Assembly (NCBI RefSeq): GCF_046545655.1
Contig: NZ_JBKGZG010000001.1
Location: 25,705 to 89,704 of the forward strand
DNA: 64,000 nt
Source: Thiohalorhabdus sp.
GTDB taxonomy: Bacteria > Pseudomonadota > Gammaproteobacteria > Thiohalorhabdales > Thiohalorhabdaceae
Direction of reading: 5' to 3'
Numbering within the stretch: position 1 is the stretch's first letter; each line of letters opens with the position of its first letter. Of the stretch, positions 39,742 through 48,637 are shown in pieces. The notes beneath the pieces were generated by a model that saw only the letters and a list, made by a program, of their open reading frames with translations, did not search any database and had not been told where the DNA came from. A program made the translations under genes and the position numbers.

Positions 39742-40101
39742 GGGGGCGATTCTGGATTCGACGTGAACCCGCAAGCTATTGGTGCATGCCGAGGTAGCTG
39801 GGTAACCTCGTAAATCCTCCCAGCGGGCAAAGATACCTGCCGACAACGAAGAGTTCGCCGTAGCCGCATAGCCGGCTGCCCCGCTTCCCGAGCTGCCCGT
39901 GGCGAGGGATCAAGCGGGTCGACCTTCACGGGATCGCGGTAGCGCCCCGCCCGGGGCCACCTGCCGTTAAAGCCAACCCGGGCTAACCGGTCACATCCCC
40001 GTCACCCGGGACCGTGACCGGGAAACCAAAGGGTGACTAAGCATGTAGATCCAATAGTGGACGGTTCGCGGACGCGGGTTCGAGTCCCGCCGCCTCCACC
40101 A
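39742..40101 (+). ncRNA. ssrA: Transfer-messenger RNA (tmRNA, one-piece)
   Basis: The 5' end is GGGGGCGATTCTGGATTCGACG and the 3' end is GGTTCGAGTCCCGCCGCCTCCACCA. The acceptor stem GGGGGCG/CGCCTCC includes the G3:U wobble. There is an internal tag reading frame, and the gene follows smpB directly. Confidence 0.95.
39839..39871 (+). other. tmRNA tag-peptide reading frame (ADNEEFAVAA, stop TAG)
   Basis: GCC GAC AAC GAA GAG TTC GCC GTA GCC GCA TAG, preceded by AAAGATACCT (E. coli has AAAAATAGTC before its resume codon). The hydrophobic xAVAA end is typical of ClpXP tags. Confidence 0.7.
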
Positions 40102-40103
40102 AC

Positions 40104-40142
40104 AAAAAAAGACCGCCCGGACAGTCCGGGCGGTCTTTTTTT
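40104..40142. terminator. Bidirectional rho-independent terminator (ssrA / ferritin-like ORF)
   Basis: A7 run, then GACCGCCCGG-acagt-CCGGGCGGTC (40111-40135), then T7 (40136-40142). Confidence 0.8.
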
Positions 40143-40190
40143 GTCCCCGGCAGGCTAATATCCCGCCTCCCCCCCTCTTTCCTCCGGGGG

Positions 40191-41408
40191 TTAGTGAGGC
40201 TGCCCCCGCAGCTCGCGGACCGGATGCTCCCCCTCGGGTTGGCTGCGGTATTCCTCCCCCTTTGCCTGCCGGTGGGTACCGATCACCTCCTCGCTGGGCA
40301 CCCAGCCGTCGCCGTGGACCTTCTTCTGATACTCGTAGTAGCGGTGCCCCTCGGGCAGGTCGTCCACGCGCACGAAATCGGTGCCGTCCCCGGTCAGGGA
40401 GACCTGATCCGCGAGAACCTGACGCACGTACTGCTTGTTGCTCTCGAACTTCAGCGGCTCGGGCAGGCTCTCCGGCAGCAGCTCGGCCGCCGGATCGCGG
40501 CCGTCCAGCTTCTTCATCAGCTCCACGGCGCTCTTGAGCTGCTCGATCTCCATGGCCAGGTGCGTCTCCCAGACCTTGCGGATCCGGTCGTCGCTTTCCG
40601 TTTGCATGAAGGACCAATAGAGCCAGCACTCGTTGTACTCATGCATCACCAGCTGCTCCGCCCAGGTGGCGTCGGCGGGGAGCATGCTCTCGTAGTGGCT
40701 GACGTGCTGCTCCTCGATCTGCGCGATCTCCTGGTACAGGGCGCGGGCCAGCGGATCCTCGGGTCGATTTCCCACGTTGCAGTAGAAGTTCAGCGTCTGC
40801 TGCTCCGCGGCGGTGATGGTCATGGCGTGCATGACCGAGCGCGGGTCGCTGGTACGCGCCAGGGGCCGGCGGATGTCGTCATGGGGATCGCGGTGCTCGA
40901 ACACCGTGGGCCGGCCCGGCATGATCTCGGTGAGATCGCCCACCAGCTCCGTCGCCTTGCGCGGATCGGTCATGTCCATGAGGTTGGCGTAGCGGAACAG
41001 GTGGTCGAAGTCCTCCAGCAGGCCGAAGTCGTAGCACTGCTTGGCGTAGGGATCCGGCTCCTGCTGCGCCACCCAGGCGGTGAGATCCACCGCCACCTGC
41101 TCGTAGCCGATGGTTACCTCCAGGGAGTCCTCGCTGGCGGGGATGAGCCAGTTGTTCACCTTCTGCTGTTGAGTCTCGATGCGGCGTACCTGGGCGAGCT
41201 GGCGCTTCACATCGAGATCGGTGGTGTGCCGGGCGAACTGGTGCCCGAACCACATGCTCTCCATTTCGGCCCCGTTCATGACGATGATGCGGCAGCGGGT
41301 GTAGGGGTCTACCGAACGCGTGTCATACGGCTCTACATTGAGCTCCCGCCAGTTACGAAGCTGCTGATCCAGCGGGATTCCGGTTTCGGTTAGTGGATTG
41401 AACGCCAT
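40191..41408 (-). CDS. Uncharacterised ferritin-like / di-iron-carboxylate-like protein (405 aa)
   Basis: ATG 41406-41408 follows GGAGGAGG. Glu/His motifs in helix-like segments (NGAEMESMWFGH, LLEDFDHLF, TAAEQQTLNFY, IAQIEEQHVSHYE) suggest a ferritin-like four-helix core. I recognise no named family. Confidence 0.7.
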   Translation of the reverse strand: MAFNPLTETGIPLDQQLRNWRELNVEPYDTRSVDPYTRCRIIVMNGAEMESMWFGHQFARHTTDLDVKRQLAQVRRIETQQQKVNNWLIPASEDSLEVTIGYEQVAVDLTAWVAQQEPDPYAKQCYDFGLLEDFDHLFRYANLMDMTDPRKATELVGDLTEIMPGRPTVFEHRDPHDDIRRPLARTSDPRSVMHAMTITAAEQQTLNFYCNVGNRPEDPLARALYQEIAQIEEQHVSHYESMLPADATWAEQLVMHEYNECWLYWSFMQTESDDRIRKVWETHLAMEIEQLKSAVELMKKLDGRDPAAELLPESLPEPLKFESNKQYVRQVLADQVSLTGDGTDFVRVDDLPEGHRYYEYQKKVHGDGWVPSEEVIGTHRQAKGEEYRSQPEGEHPVRELRGQPH

Positions 41409-41460
41409 TGCGGACCTCCTCCGCGAGATATGCGGGACGGACATTCCCGCCCAACAAGCC

Positions 41461-41492
41461 AAAAAGCGTCTCTCCGTTTATGCAGAGGCGCT
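41461..41492 (-). terminator. Possible terminator after the Pmp3-family gene
   Basis: On the minus strand: AGCGCCTCT-gcataaacgg-AGAGACGCT (one mismatch) followed by TTTTT. Confidence 0.4.
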
Positions 41493-41575
41493 CAATAAAC
41501 AAGGCCGAAAAGCCATAGAGTTTCTCCGCCTGGAGCCGCACCTTCAGGGCAATGGACATCGAAGCCACCCACCTG

Positions 41576-41734
41576 CTAGCGCCGGGCAATCACCCACACG
41601 GCGTGGATAATCCCGGGGATGAACCCGAGAAGGGTAAGCAGGATGTTCAGCCAGAAAGCGCCCTTCATCCCTACCTGGAGAAAGACCCCCAGCGGGGGCA
41701 GGATGACGGCGGCGATGATACGCAGAATGTCCAT
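41576..41734 (-). CDS. Pmp3/YqaE (UPF0057) stress-induced proteolipid
   Basis: MDILRIIAAVILPPLGVFLQVGMKGAFWLNILLTLLGFIPGIIHAVWVIARR (52 aa). It is near-colinear with E. coli YqaE. Confidence 0.85.
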   Translation of the reverse strand: MDILRIIAAVILPPLGVFLQVGMKGAFWLNILLTLLGFIPGIIHAVWVIARR

Positions 41735-41764
41735 GGCCATACGGTCTTCCCGTGCTTCCATCCC

Positions 41765-42025
41765 TTACTCCTTGGCCCGGCCCGCCTCCGGTCCGGAGCG
41801 AGCGAACTCCGATTGAGCGCTTTTCTCCCCGCCTCCCCGACCATGCCCAACCCCTCGTCGCCCGGGATGGCGCAGGGCGATGCCCTGCCTGGTTCCAGGC
41901 GCCGGGTGGAGACCGGTGCCGCAGATCGCCCTGCGGGCAGGGCGAAGCCCCGCATCCTGGCCATCCCGGGCCGGGGCGGTTTCCAGGCAGATGCCGCCTG
42001 TGTCGGCAAATACCACCGCCTTCAT
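41765..42025 (-). pseudogene. Remnant of a zinc-dependent alcohol dehydrogenase (N-terminal ~85 codons, frameshifted and truncated)
   Basis: The frame starts MKAVVFADTGGICLE...RRAICGTGLH (compare MKAxVf...GICGTDLH). A second frame (ORF 41671-42009) continues with PGDEGLGMVGEAG (compare GHExxGxVxEVG). The remaining ~250 codons are absent. Confidence 0.5.
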
Positions 42026-42054
42026 GAAGCTCCCCCCACGGCTGCGGCCGGCCC

Positions 42055-42501
42055 CTAATGCCGGGCCCTCTGGGCCTTTTCCTGGGCGAAGCTCTGTCCG
42101 ATCTCGTTGGCCTGCTGATCGTCCAGGATGGCCTGGGCCTCGGGGAAGATCTGGTTCTCCTCTTCGTCCACGTGGGCTTCCACATTCTGTTTAAGCTCGC
42201 GCAGCTTGGAGGCCCATTCGGGCGTGGACCGATCAAGATAGGAGAGCTCACGGAGCATGTTTTCCACTTCGTCATGCTCGTGCTTGGCGTGCCGGGCGTC
42301 CTCCTTGCTTTCCGTGTGCTGGCGCAAGGCGTTGTAGAACGTGGCATCCTCCGCCCGGGCATGGACCAACAGCTCATTCTTGAGCTTGGAGAAGAGGTCA
42401 TCCCTCCTTTCGGGGTCGCTTTCCGCGATGCTGTCCAGCTCCGCCAGCATCTGGGAGGTTTCGCGGTGATCTTCTGCCAGTTTTTGGTAGATATCGGTCA
42501 T
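42055..42501 (-). CDS. Hemerythrin (HHE cation-binding) domain protein
   Basis: Starts MTDIYQKLAEDHRETSQMLAEL, then HARAEDATFY, HEHDEVENM and VEAHVDEEE, which give the His/Glu ligand pattern. ATG 42499-42501 follows GAGGAGAA. Confidence 0.85.
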   Translation of the reverse strand: MTDIYQKLAEDHRETSQMLAELDSIAESDPERRDDLFSKLKNELLVHARAEDATFYNALRQHTESKEDARHAKHEHDEVENMLRELSYLDRSTPEWASKLRELKQNVEAHVDEEENQIFPEAQAILDDQQANEIGQSFAQEKAQRARH

Positions 42502-43027
42502 AACCGTTCTCCTCGTTGTTCCTGCCAGGCTCCCTCCCGGGCCCGGGTGCGGTCCATTGGGGGCAGCCGCACAAAGCCTGGCATTTGCCCGCAAGGGGCA
42601 CGATCCCGGAAAGCCCGGCTCCGGTAGGGACGGCATTTGCATCAGCCAGGAAGACGAGGTCCGGCAACCGGCGCGGGGAGATGCCGGGCCTCGAGGGCCT
42701 GACTTCCGGAAAGGGGAAAAGAGAGGCCACGGCTGCCTTGATCAAGGCGCTCCAGGGAGCAGGCATGGGCGCGCCGCCGGCCCGCTCGGGGCCAGCCCCC
42801 TCCGCGCAGAGGCGCTCTCCCCGCTCCTCCGGAAACGGGGCTTCCGTATGAAGCCGCTGTCACCGGGGAACCGGCTCGCTTCTTTCGAACCTACGGCTCT
42901 TTCCTCCGGGGGCGGTGTAGCTGGACACGGTGTCCGATCGCCGGGGAACGCTCGGACAAGCGGGGCAAAGCTGGTCTTGAAAGCGCGACCCAAAATCCGT
43001 ATACAGGGTACCCGTACAGGGCTGCTT

Positions 43028-43041
43028 TTGATCCCCGTCAA
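43028..43041 (+). promoter_or_regulatory. FNR/CRP-family (ANR/DNR-type) box
   Basis: TTGATccccGTCAA matches TTGAT-N4-ATCAA at 9 of 10 positions. It lies 67-80 nt upstream of the NMO-family ATG. A TATATA element lies at 43087-43092. Confidence 0.45.
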
Positions 43042-43107
43042 TTCACGGACAGGTCCCGGCGTTTAGCCTGTTTCTTGATTCACCCATATATAGAGCTGTA
43101 TCGCCCC

Positions 43108-44289
43108 ATGATCGATCATGCTTTCCCCGCGCTCCGCATCCGCGGTCGAACCCTCCTGCCCATCATCCAAGGCGGGATGGGGGTCGGCGTCTCCGCCCAT
43201 CGGCTGGCAGGTACCGTCGCCGCCGCGGGCGGCGTAGGCACCATCGCCAGCGTGGACCTGCGCCAACTGCACCCCGACCTGCTCGCCGCCGACAAGCGGA
43301 GCCGGGACGTGGAGGCGTACACGGCCTCCAACCTGATAGCCATCGACCGCGAGATCCGGGCCGCCCGGGAGATCGCCGGCTCGGACGGCTTCATCGCCGT
43401 GAACGTCATGCGCGCCCTGCGCGACTACGACCAACAGGTACGCCAGGCCTGCGCCAGCGGCGCCAACGCCATCATCATGGGGGCGGGACTGCCCCTGGAG
43501 CTACCGGCGCTCACCGCGGACTACCCCGATGTGGCTCTGATTCCCATCGTCTCCGACGGCCGGGCCCTGCGGATCACCCTCAAGCGCTGGGCGCGCCAAA
43601 ACCGGCTGCCCGACGCCGTCGTGGTGGAGAACCCCCGCTTCGCCGGCGGCCACCTGGGCATCGCCAAGGTCGGTGACGAGAACGACCCCCGGTACGACTA
43701 TCCCACCGTCCTGCCCGAGGTGCGGGCCACCCTGGCCGAGTTCGGCGAGGAGGCGGCGCGCATCCCCGTGATCGCCGCAGGCGGCATCAACGGGCCGGAG
43801 CGTCTGGCGGAAGTTATGGAGCTTGGCGCCAGCGGGGCACAGGTTGGCACGCCCTTCGCAGTCTCCGCCGAGGGCGACGCCCACCCCAACTTCAAGCAGG
43901 TGCTCCTGGGCGCCGACCCCGCGAACGACACCACCACCTTCATCAGCGCCGCCGGGCTGCCGGCCCGTGCCGTGCGCACCCCATGGCTGGACCGCTACCT
44001 GGGCCTGGAGGAGGATCTCCTCCACCGGGCCGACCCGGAAACGGCGGTCTGCCCCACCTTCGTGGAATGCCTCTCCCACTGCGGCTTTAAGGACGGCAAG
44101 GCGGCTGCCGGCCAGTTCTGCATCGAGACCCGCCTGGCCGCGGCGCAGAAAGGCAAGATCAAGCAAGGGCTGTTCTTCCGCGGCGGCGCCTCCCTGCCCT
44201 TCGGCGACCAAATCCGCCCAGTGCAGGACATCCTGTGCCACCTCCTGGACGCCACCATCCCCCAAGAGCCCGCCATCGCCACACCCTGA
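43108..44289 (+). CDS. Nitronate monooxygenase (NMO/2-nitropropane dioxygenase, FabK-like) family flavoprotein
   Basis: LPIIQGGMGVGVSAHRLAGTVAAAGGVGTIAS, then IIMGAGLP and VIAAGGI. The C-terminal part carries CPTFVECLSHC...QFC. Start at ATG 43108; the TTG at 43075 in the ORF track is also possible. Confidence 0.85.
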   Translation: MIDHAFPALRIRGRTLLPIIQGGMGVGVSAHRLAGTVAAAGGVGTIASVDLRQLHPDLLAADKRSRDVEAYTASNLIAIDREIRAAREIAGSDGFIAVNVMRALRDYDQQVRQACASGANAIIMGAGLPLELPALTADYPDVALIPIVSDGRALRITLKRWARQNRLPDAVVVENPRFAGGHLGIAKVGDENDPRYDYPTVLPEVRATLAEFGEEAARIPVIAAGGINGPERLAEVMELGASGAQVGTPFAVSAEGDAHPNFKQVLLGADPANDTTTFISAAGLPARAVRTPWLDRYLGLEEDLLHRADPETAVCPTFVECLSHCGFKDGKAAAGQFCIETRLAAAQKGKIKQGLFFRGGASLPFGDQIRPVQDILCHLLDATIPQEPAIATP

Positions 44290-44324
44290 GGAAATACCCG
44301 ACCGAAAAAATCGGTCCATTAGTA

Positions 44325-44360
44325 TTGCGTTGGAAACTAAATAGGACTAGATTAGTCCTA
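44325..44360 (+). promoter_or_regulatory. Putative suf promoter with overlapping Rrf2/IscR-type operator
   Basis: TTGCGT (44325-44330), 17 nt, then TAGATT (44348-44353). A perfect inverted repeat TAGGACTA-gat-TAGTCCTA (44342-44360) contains the IscR type-1 core GACT-N5-AGTC. Confidence 0.55.
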
Positions 44361-44392
44361 GTTTACCGGCAGGCCCAACGGAGTGGCACCGG

Positions 44393-44872
44393 ATGCTACG
44401 GATCAGCAAGATGACCGATTACGGCACGGTGGTCATGACCCACCTCGCCAAGAACCCCGAACAGCGCTTCAGCGCCCGGGAGCTGGCGAGCGATCTGCAC
44501 ATCGGCGTGCCCACGGTGAGCAAGATCCTCAAGGTCCTGGAGCGGGGCGGCCTGCTGGTGGCTCAGCGAGGCAAGAACGGCGGCTACTCCCTGGCGCGCG
44601 ACCCCGGGCAGATCTCCGTGGCCCAGGTGATCCGAGCCATGGAGGGTCCCATCGCCCTGACCGAGTGCGCCAGCGACGCCCTGCAGTGCGACCAGGAGCA
44701 GTCCTGCTCGGTGCAGAGCAACTGGCAGCGCATCAACCACGCCATCATGCGGGCCCTCGAAGGGGTCTCCGTGGCGGAGATGACCGAACCGATCTCTGTG
44801 CAGGGGGTGCAGACGCGCACCCTGGAATTCCTGGGGGTGGCCGAGCGCGACCCCCTGGCCCAGACGGAATAA
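44393..44872 (+). CDS. Rrf2-family Fe-S-binding transcriptional regulator (IscR/SufR-like)
   Basis: Starts [20 protein letters not shown], with w[23 protein letters not shown] and the cluster ligands [14 protein letters not shown] (Cx6Cx5C). It is the first gene of the suf operon. Confidence 0.9.
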   Translation: MLRISKMTDYGTVVMTHLAKNPEQRFSARELASDLHIGVPTVSKILKVLERGGLLVAQRGKNGGYSLARDPGQISVAQVIRAMEGPIALTECASDALQCDQEQSCSVQSNWQRINHAIMRALEGVSVAEMTEPISVQGVQTRTLEFLGVAERDPLAQTE

Positions 44873-44925
44873 ACGACCCGGACCCGGTCCGGAGGGATTT
44901 CCCAATTTCCGGGATGGAGGCAACC

Positions 44926-46377
<1,452 letters not shown>

Positions 46378-46386
46378 TCGTAGGGG

Positions 46387-46453
46387 TGTGGGAGCGGCGT
46401 GCGCCGCGACGGGCGAAACGGCCGGATTGTCGCGGCCAATGGCCGCTCCCACA
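46387..46453. repeat. REP-like palindromic element inside the sufB-sufC spacer
   Basis: Terminal inverted repeat TGTGGGAGCGGC (46387-46398) / GCCGCTCCCACA (46442-46453), with inner hairpins GCGGC-gtgc-GCCGC and CGCGAC...GTCGCG. Confidence 0.55.
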
Positions 46454-46515
46454 GGCGTCAGGATCCGCGGGCTTTGGCCCAGCAAAACACCGAATAGCGT
46501 AAAGAGGACGGCACC

Positions 46516-47295
46516 GTGCTCAGCATCAAGAACCTGCACGCGAGCGTGGAAGACACCGAGATCCTGAAGGGGATCGACCTGGAAGTGGGCGACGGCGAGG
46601 TCCACGCCATCATGGGCCCCAACGGTTCCGGGAAATCCACCCTCGCCGGCGTGCTCGCCGGACGCGAGGGCTACACCGTGGGCGACGGCTCGGTGAGCTT
46701 CGACGGCAAGGACCTGCTGGAGATGGAACCGCAGGAGCGGGCCAACGAGGGCCTGTTCCTGGCCTTCCAATACCCGGTGGAGATCCCCGGCGTCAGCAAC
46801 ATCTACCTGCTGAAGTCGGCGGTGAACGCCGCGCGCAAGCACCGCGGCGAGGAGGAGCTGGACGCCATGGACCTGGTGGCCTTCATCCGCGAGAAGATGA
46901 AGCTCACCGGCATGGGCGACCAGCTCCTCTACCGCTCGGTGAACGAGGGCTTCTCCGGCGGCGAGAAGAAGCGCAACGAGATGCTGCAGATGGCGGTGCT
47001 CGAGCCGAAGCTGGCCATCCTCGACGAGACCGACTCCGGGCTCGACATCGACGCCCTGAAGACCGTCGCCGACGCGGTGAACCAGCTGCGCGACGCCAAG
47101 CGCTCCTTCATCCTCATTACCCACTACCAGCGCCTGCTGGACTACATCGTCCCGGACAAGGTGCACGTGCTCTACAACGGCCAGATCGCCAAGTCCGGGG
47201 ACAAGGACCTGCCGCAGGAGCTGGAGAAAACCGGCTACGCCTGGCTCACCGGCGCCGAGCAGGCGCCCGCCGAGGAAGCGGTACAGGGGCAGTAA
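46516..47295 (+). CDS. sufC: Fe-S cluster assembly ATPase SufC
   Basis: LSIKNLHASV, Walker A GPNGSGKST, signature FSGGEKKR. GTG start at 46516 after AAAGAGGA. Confidence 0.97.
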   Translation: MLSIKNLHASVEDTEILKGIDLEVGDGEVHAIMGPNGSGKSTLAGVLAGREGYTVGDGSVSFDGKDLLEMEPQERANEGLFLAFQYPVEIPGVSNIYLLKSAVNAARKHRGEEELDAMDLVAFIREKMKLTGMGDQLLYRSVNEGFSGGEKKRNEMLQMAVLEPKLAILDETDSGLDIDALKTVADAVNQLRDAKRSFILITHYQRLLDYIVPDKVHVLYNGQIAKSGDKDLPQELEKTGYAWLTGAEQAPAEEAVQGQ

Positions 47296-47299
47296 GGCC

Positions 47300-48637
47300 A
47301 TGAGCGAGCAAACCGAGATCGTCGACCGCTACACCACCCTGTTCGAGCAGGGCCACGAGCGGCTCCCCGGTGCGTCCGCGGGCTGGGTCGCCGAGCGGCG
47401 GCGCGCGGCCATGAACCGCTTCGCCGAGACGGGCTTCCCGGCCGGCCGCGACGAGGAGTGGAAGTACACCTCCCTGCGACCGCTGGAGAAGCGGGAGTTC
47501 GCCCTTCCCGGCGCGGAGGCCCCGGCCCTGGCCCCGGAGGACATTGCCGCCTACACCTTCGACGAGCCCGCCGCACTGCGCCTGGTGTTCGTGGACGGCG
47601 TCTACGCCCCGGAGCTGTCCCGGACCGCCGAGCTGCCCGCGGGCGTGGAGGTGCGGCCCATGAGCGAGGCCCTGGGCGAGCCCTCCGAGGCCCTGCAGCG
47701 CCACCTGGGCCGCTACGCCGACCCGGAGGGAACCCCCTTCGTGGCCCTGAACACCGCGCTCATGGGCGACGGCGTCTACGTCTACGTGCCCGCCGGCGTA
47801 CAGGTGGAGACCCCCATTCACGCCCTCTTCCTCACCAGCCCCGGCGCCGAGGCCCTGGGTCCCCACTACCGCAACCTGGTCGTGGCTGAGGAGGCCGCCT
47901 CCGTCACCGTGCTGGAAGACTTCGTCGGCCTCGGCGAGGGCGCCTACTTCAATAACGTGGTCACCGAAGCGGTGGCACCGAAGGACGCCCAGGTGGAGGT
48001 CTACAAGCTCCAGCAGGAAGGGCCCGGCGGCTACCACGTGGCCACCTTCGAGGGCTACCAGGGCGAGAACAGCGTCCTGACGCACCACAACATCGCCCTG
48101 GGCGGCCGGCTGGTGCGCAACGACGTCAACGACGTCCTGGACGCCGAGGGGGCGCTGGTGAACCTCAACGGGCTGTACCTGGGCGACGGCCGCGAGCACG
48201 TGGACAACCACACGCGCATCGACCACCTGAAGGCCAACGCCGAGTCCCGGGAGTACTACAAGGGCATCCTGGACGGGCGCGCCCGCGGCGTATTCAACGG
48301 CAAGGTGGTGGTGCAGCCCGAGGCCCAGGGCACGGAATCCGACCAGCAGAACCGCAACCTGCTGCTGTCCCGCAACGCCGAGGTGGATCCCAAGCCGGAG
48401 CTGGAGATCTTCGCCGACGACGTCTCCTGCACCCACGGTGCCACGGTGGGCCAGCTCGACGAGGACGCGCTGTTCTTCCTGCGCTCCCGCGGCCTCGGCT
48501 ACGAGGACGCCCGCAACCTGCTGATCTTCGGCTTCGCCAACGAGATCATCGAGCGGGTACGCATCGAGCCCGTGCGGGCGCGGCTGGAAGAGCGACTGCT
48601 GAAGCGGCTTCCGCATACCGAAGCGATGGAGGAATGA
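47300..48637 (+). CDS. sufD: Fe-S cluster assembly protein SufD
   Basis: 445 aa, EEWKYTSLRPL, with a C-terminal beta-helix region similar to SufB (FFLRSRGL). Confidence 0.95.
   Translation: MSEQTEIVDRYTTLFEQGHERLPGASAGWVAERRRAAMNRFAETGFPAGRDEEWKYTSLRPLEKREFALPGAEAPALAPEDIAAYTFDEPAALRLVFVDGVYAPELSRTAELPAGVEVRPMSEALGEPSEALQRHLGRYADPEGTPFVALNTALMGDGVYVYVPAGVQVETPIHALFLTSPGAEALGPHYRNLVVAEEAASVTVLEDFVGLGEGAYFNNVVTEAVAPKDAQVEVYKLQQEGPGGYHVATFEGYQGENSVLTHHNIALGGRLVRNDVNDVLDAEGALVNLNGLYLGDGREHVDNHTRIDHLKANAESREYYKGILDGRARGVFNGKVVVQPEAQGTESDQQNRNLLLSRNAEVDPKPELEIFADDVSCTHGATVGQLDEDALFFLRSRGLGYEDARNLLIFGFANEIIERVRIEPVRARLEERLLKRLPHTEAMEE

Noticed and set aside
40143-40190. TCCCGCCTCC at ~40161-40170 as a possible att-type duplication of the ssrA 3' end (GTCCCGCCGCCTCCACCA)
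   Set aside because: It matches only ~10 nt with a 3-nt gap, in GC-rich DNA, and there is no integrase nearby. This is too weak to call an attachment site.
39666-40629. ORFs 39666-39929(-) and 39991-40629(-) overlapping the tmRNA gene and its terminator
   Set aside because: The region is fully explained by ssrA (acceptor stem, T-arm, tag ORF, CCA end) and a bidirectional terminator. The ORF translations are Arg/Gly/Pro-rich noise.
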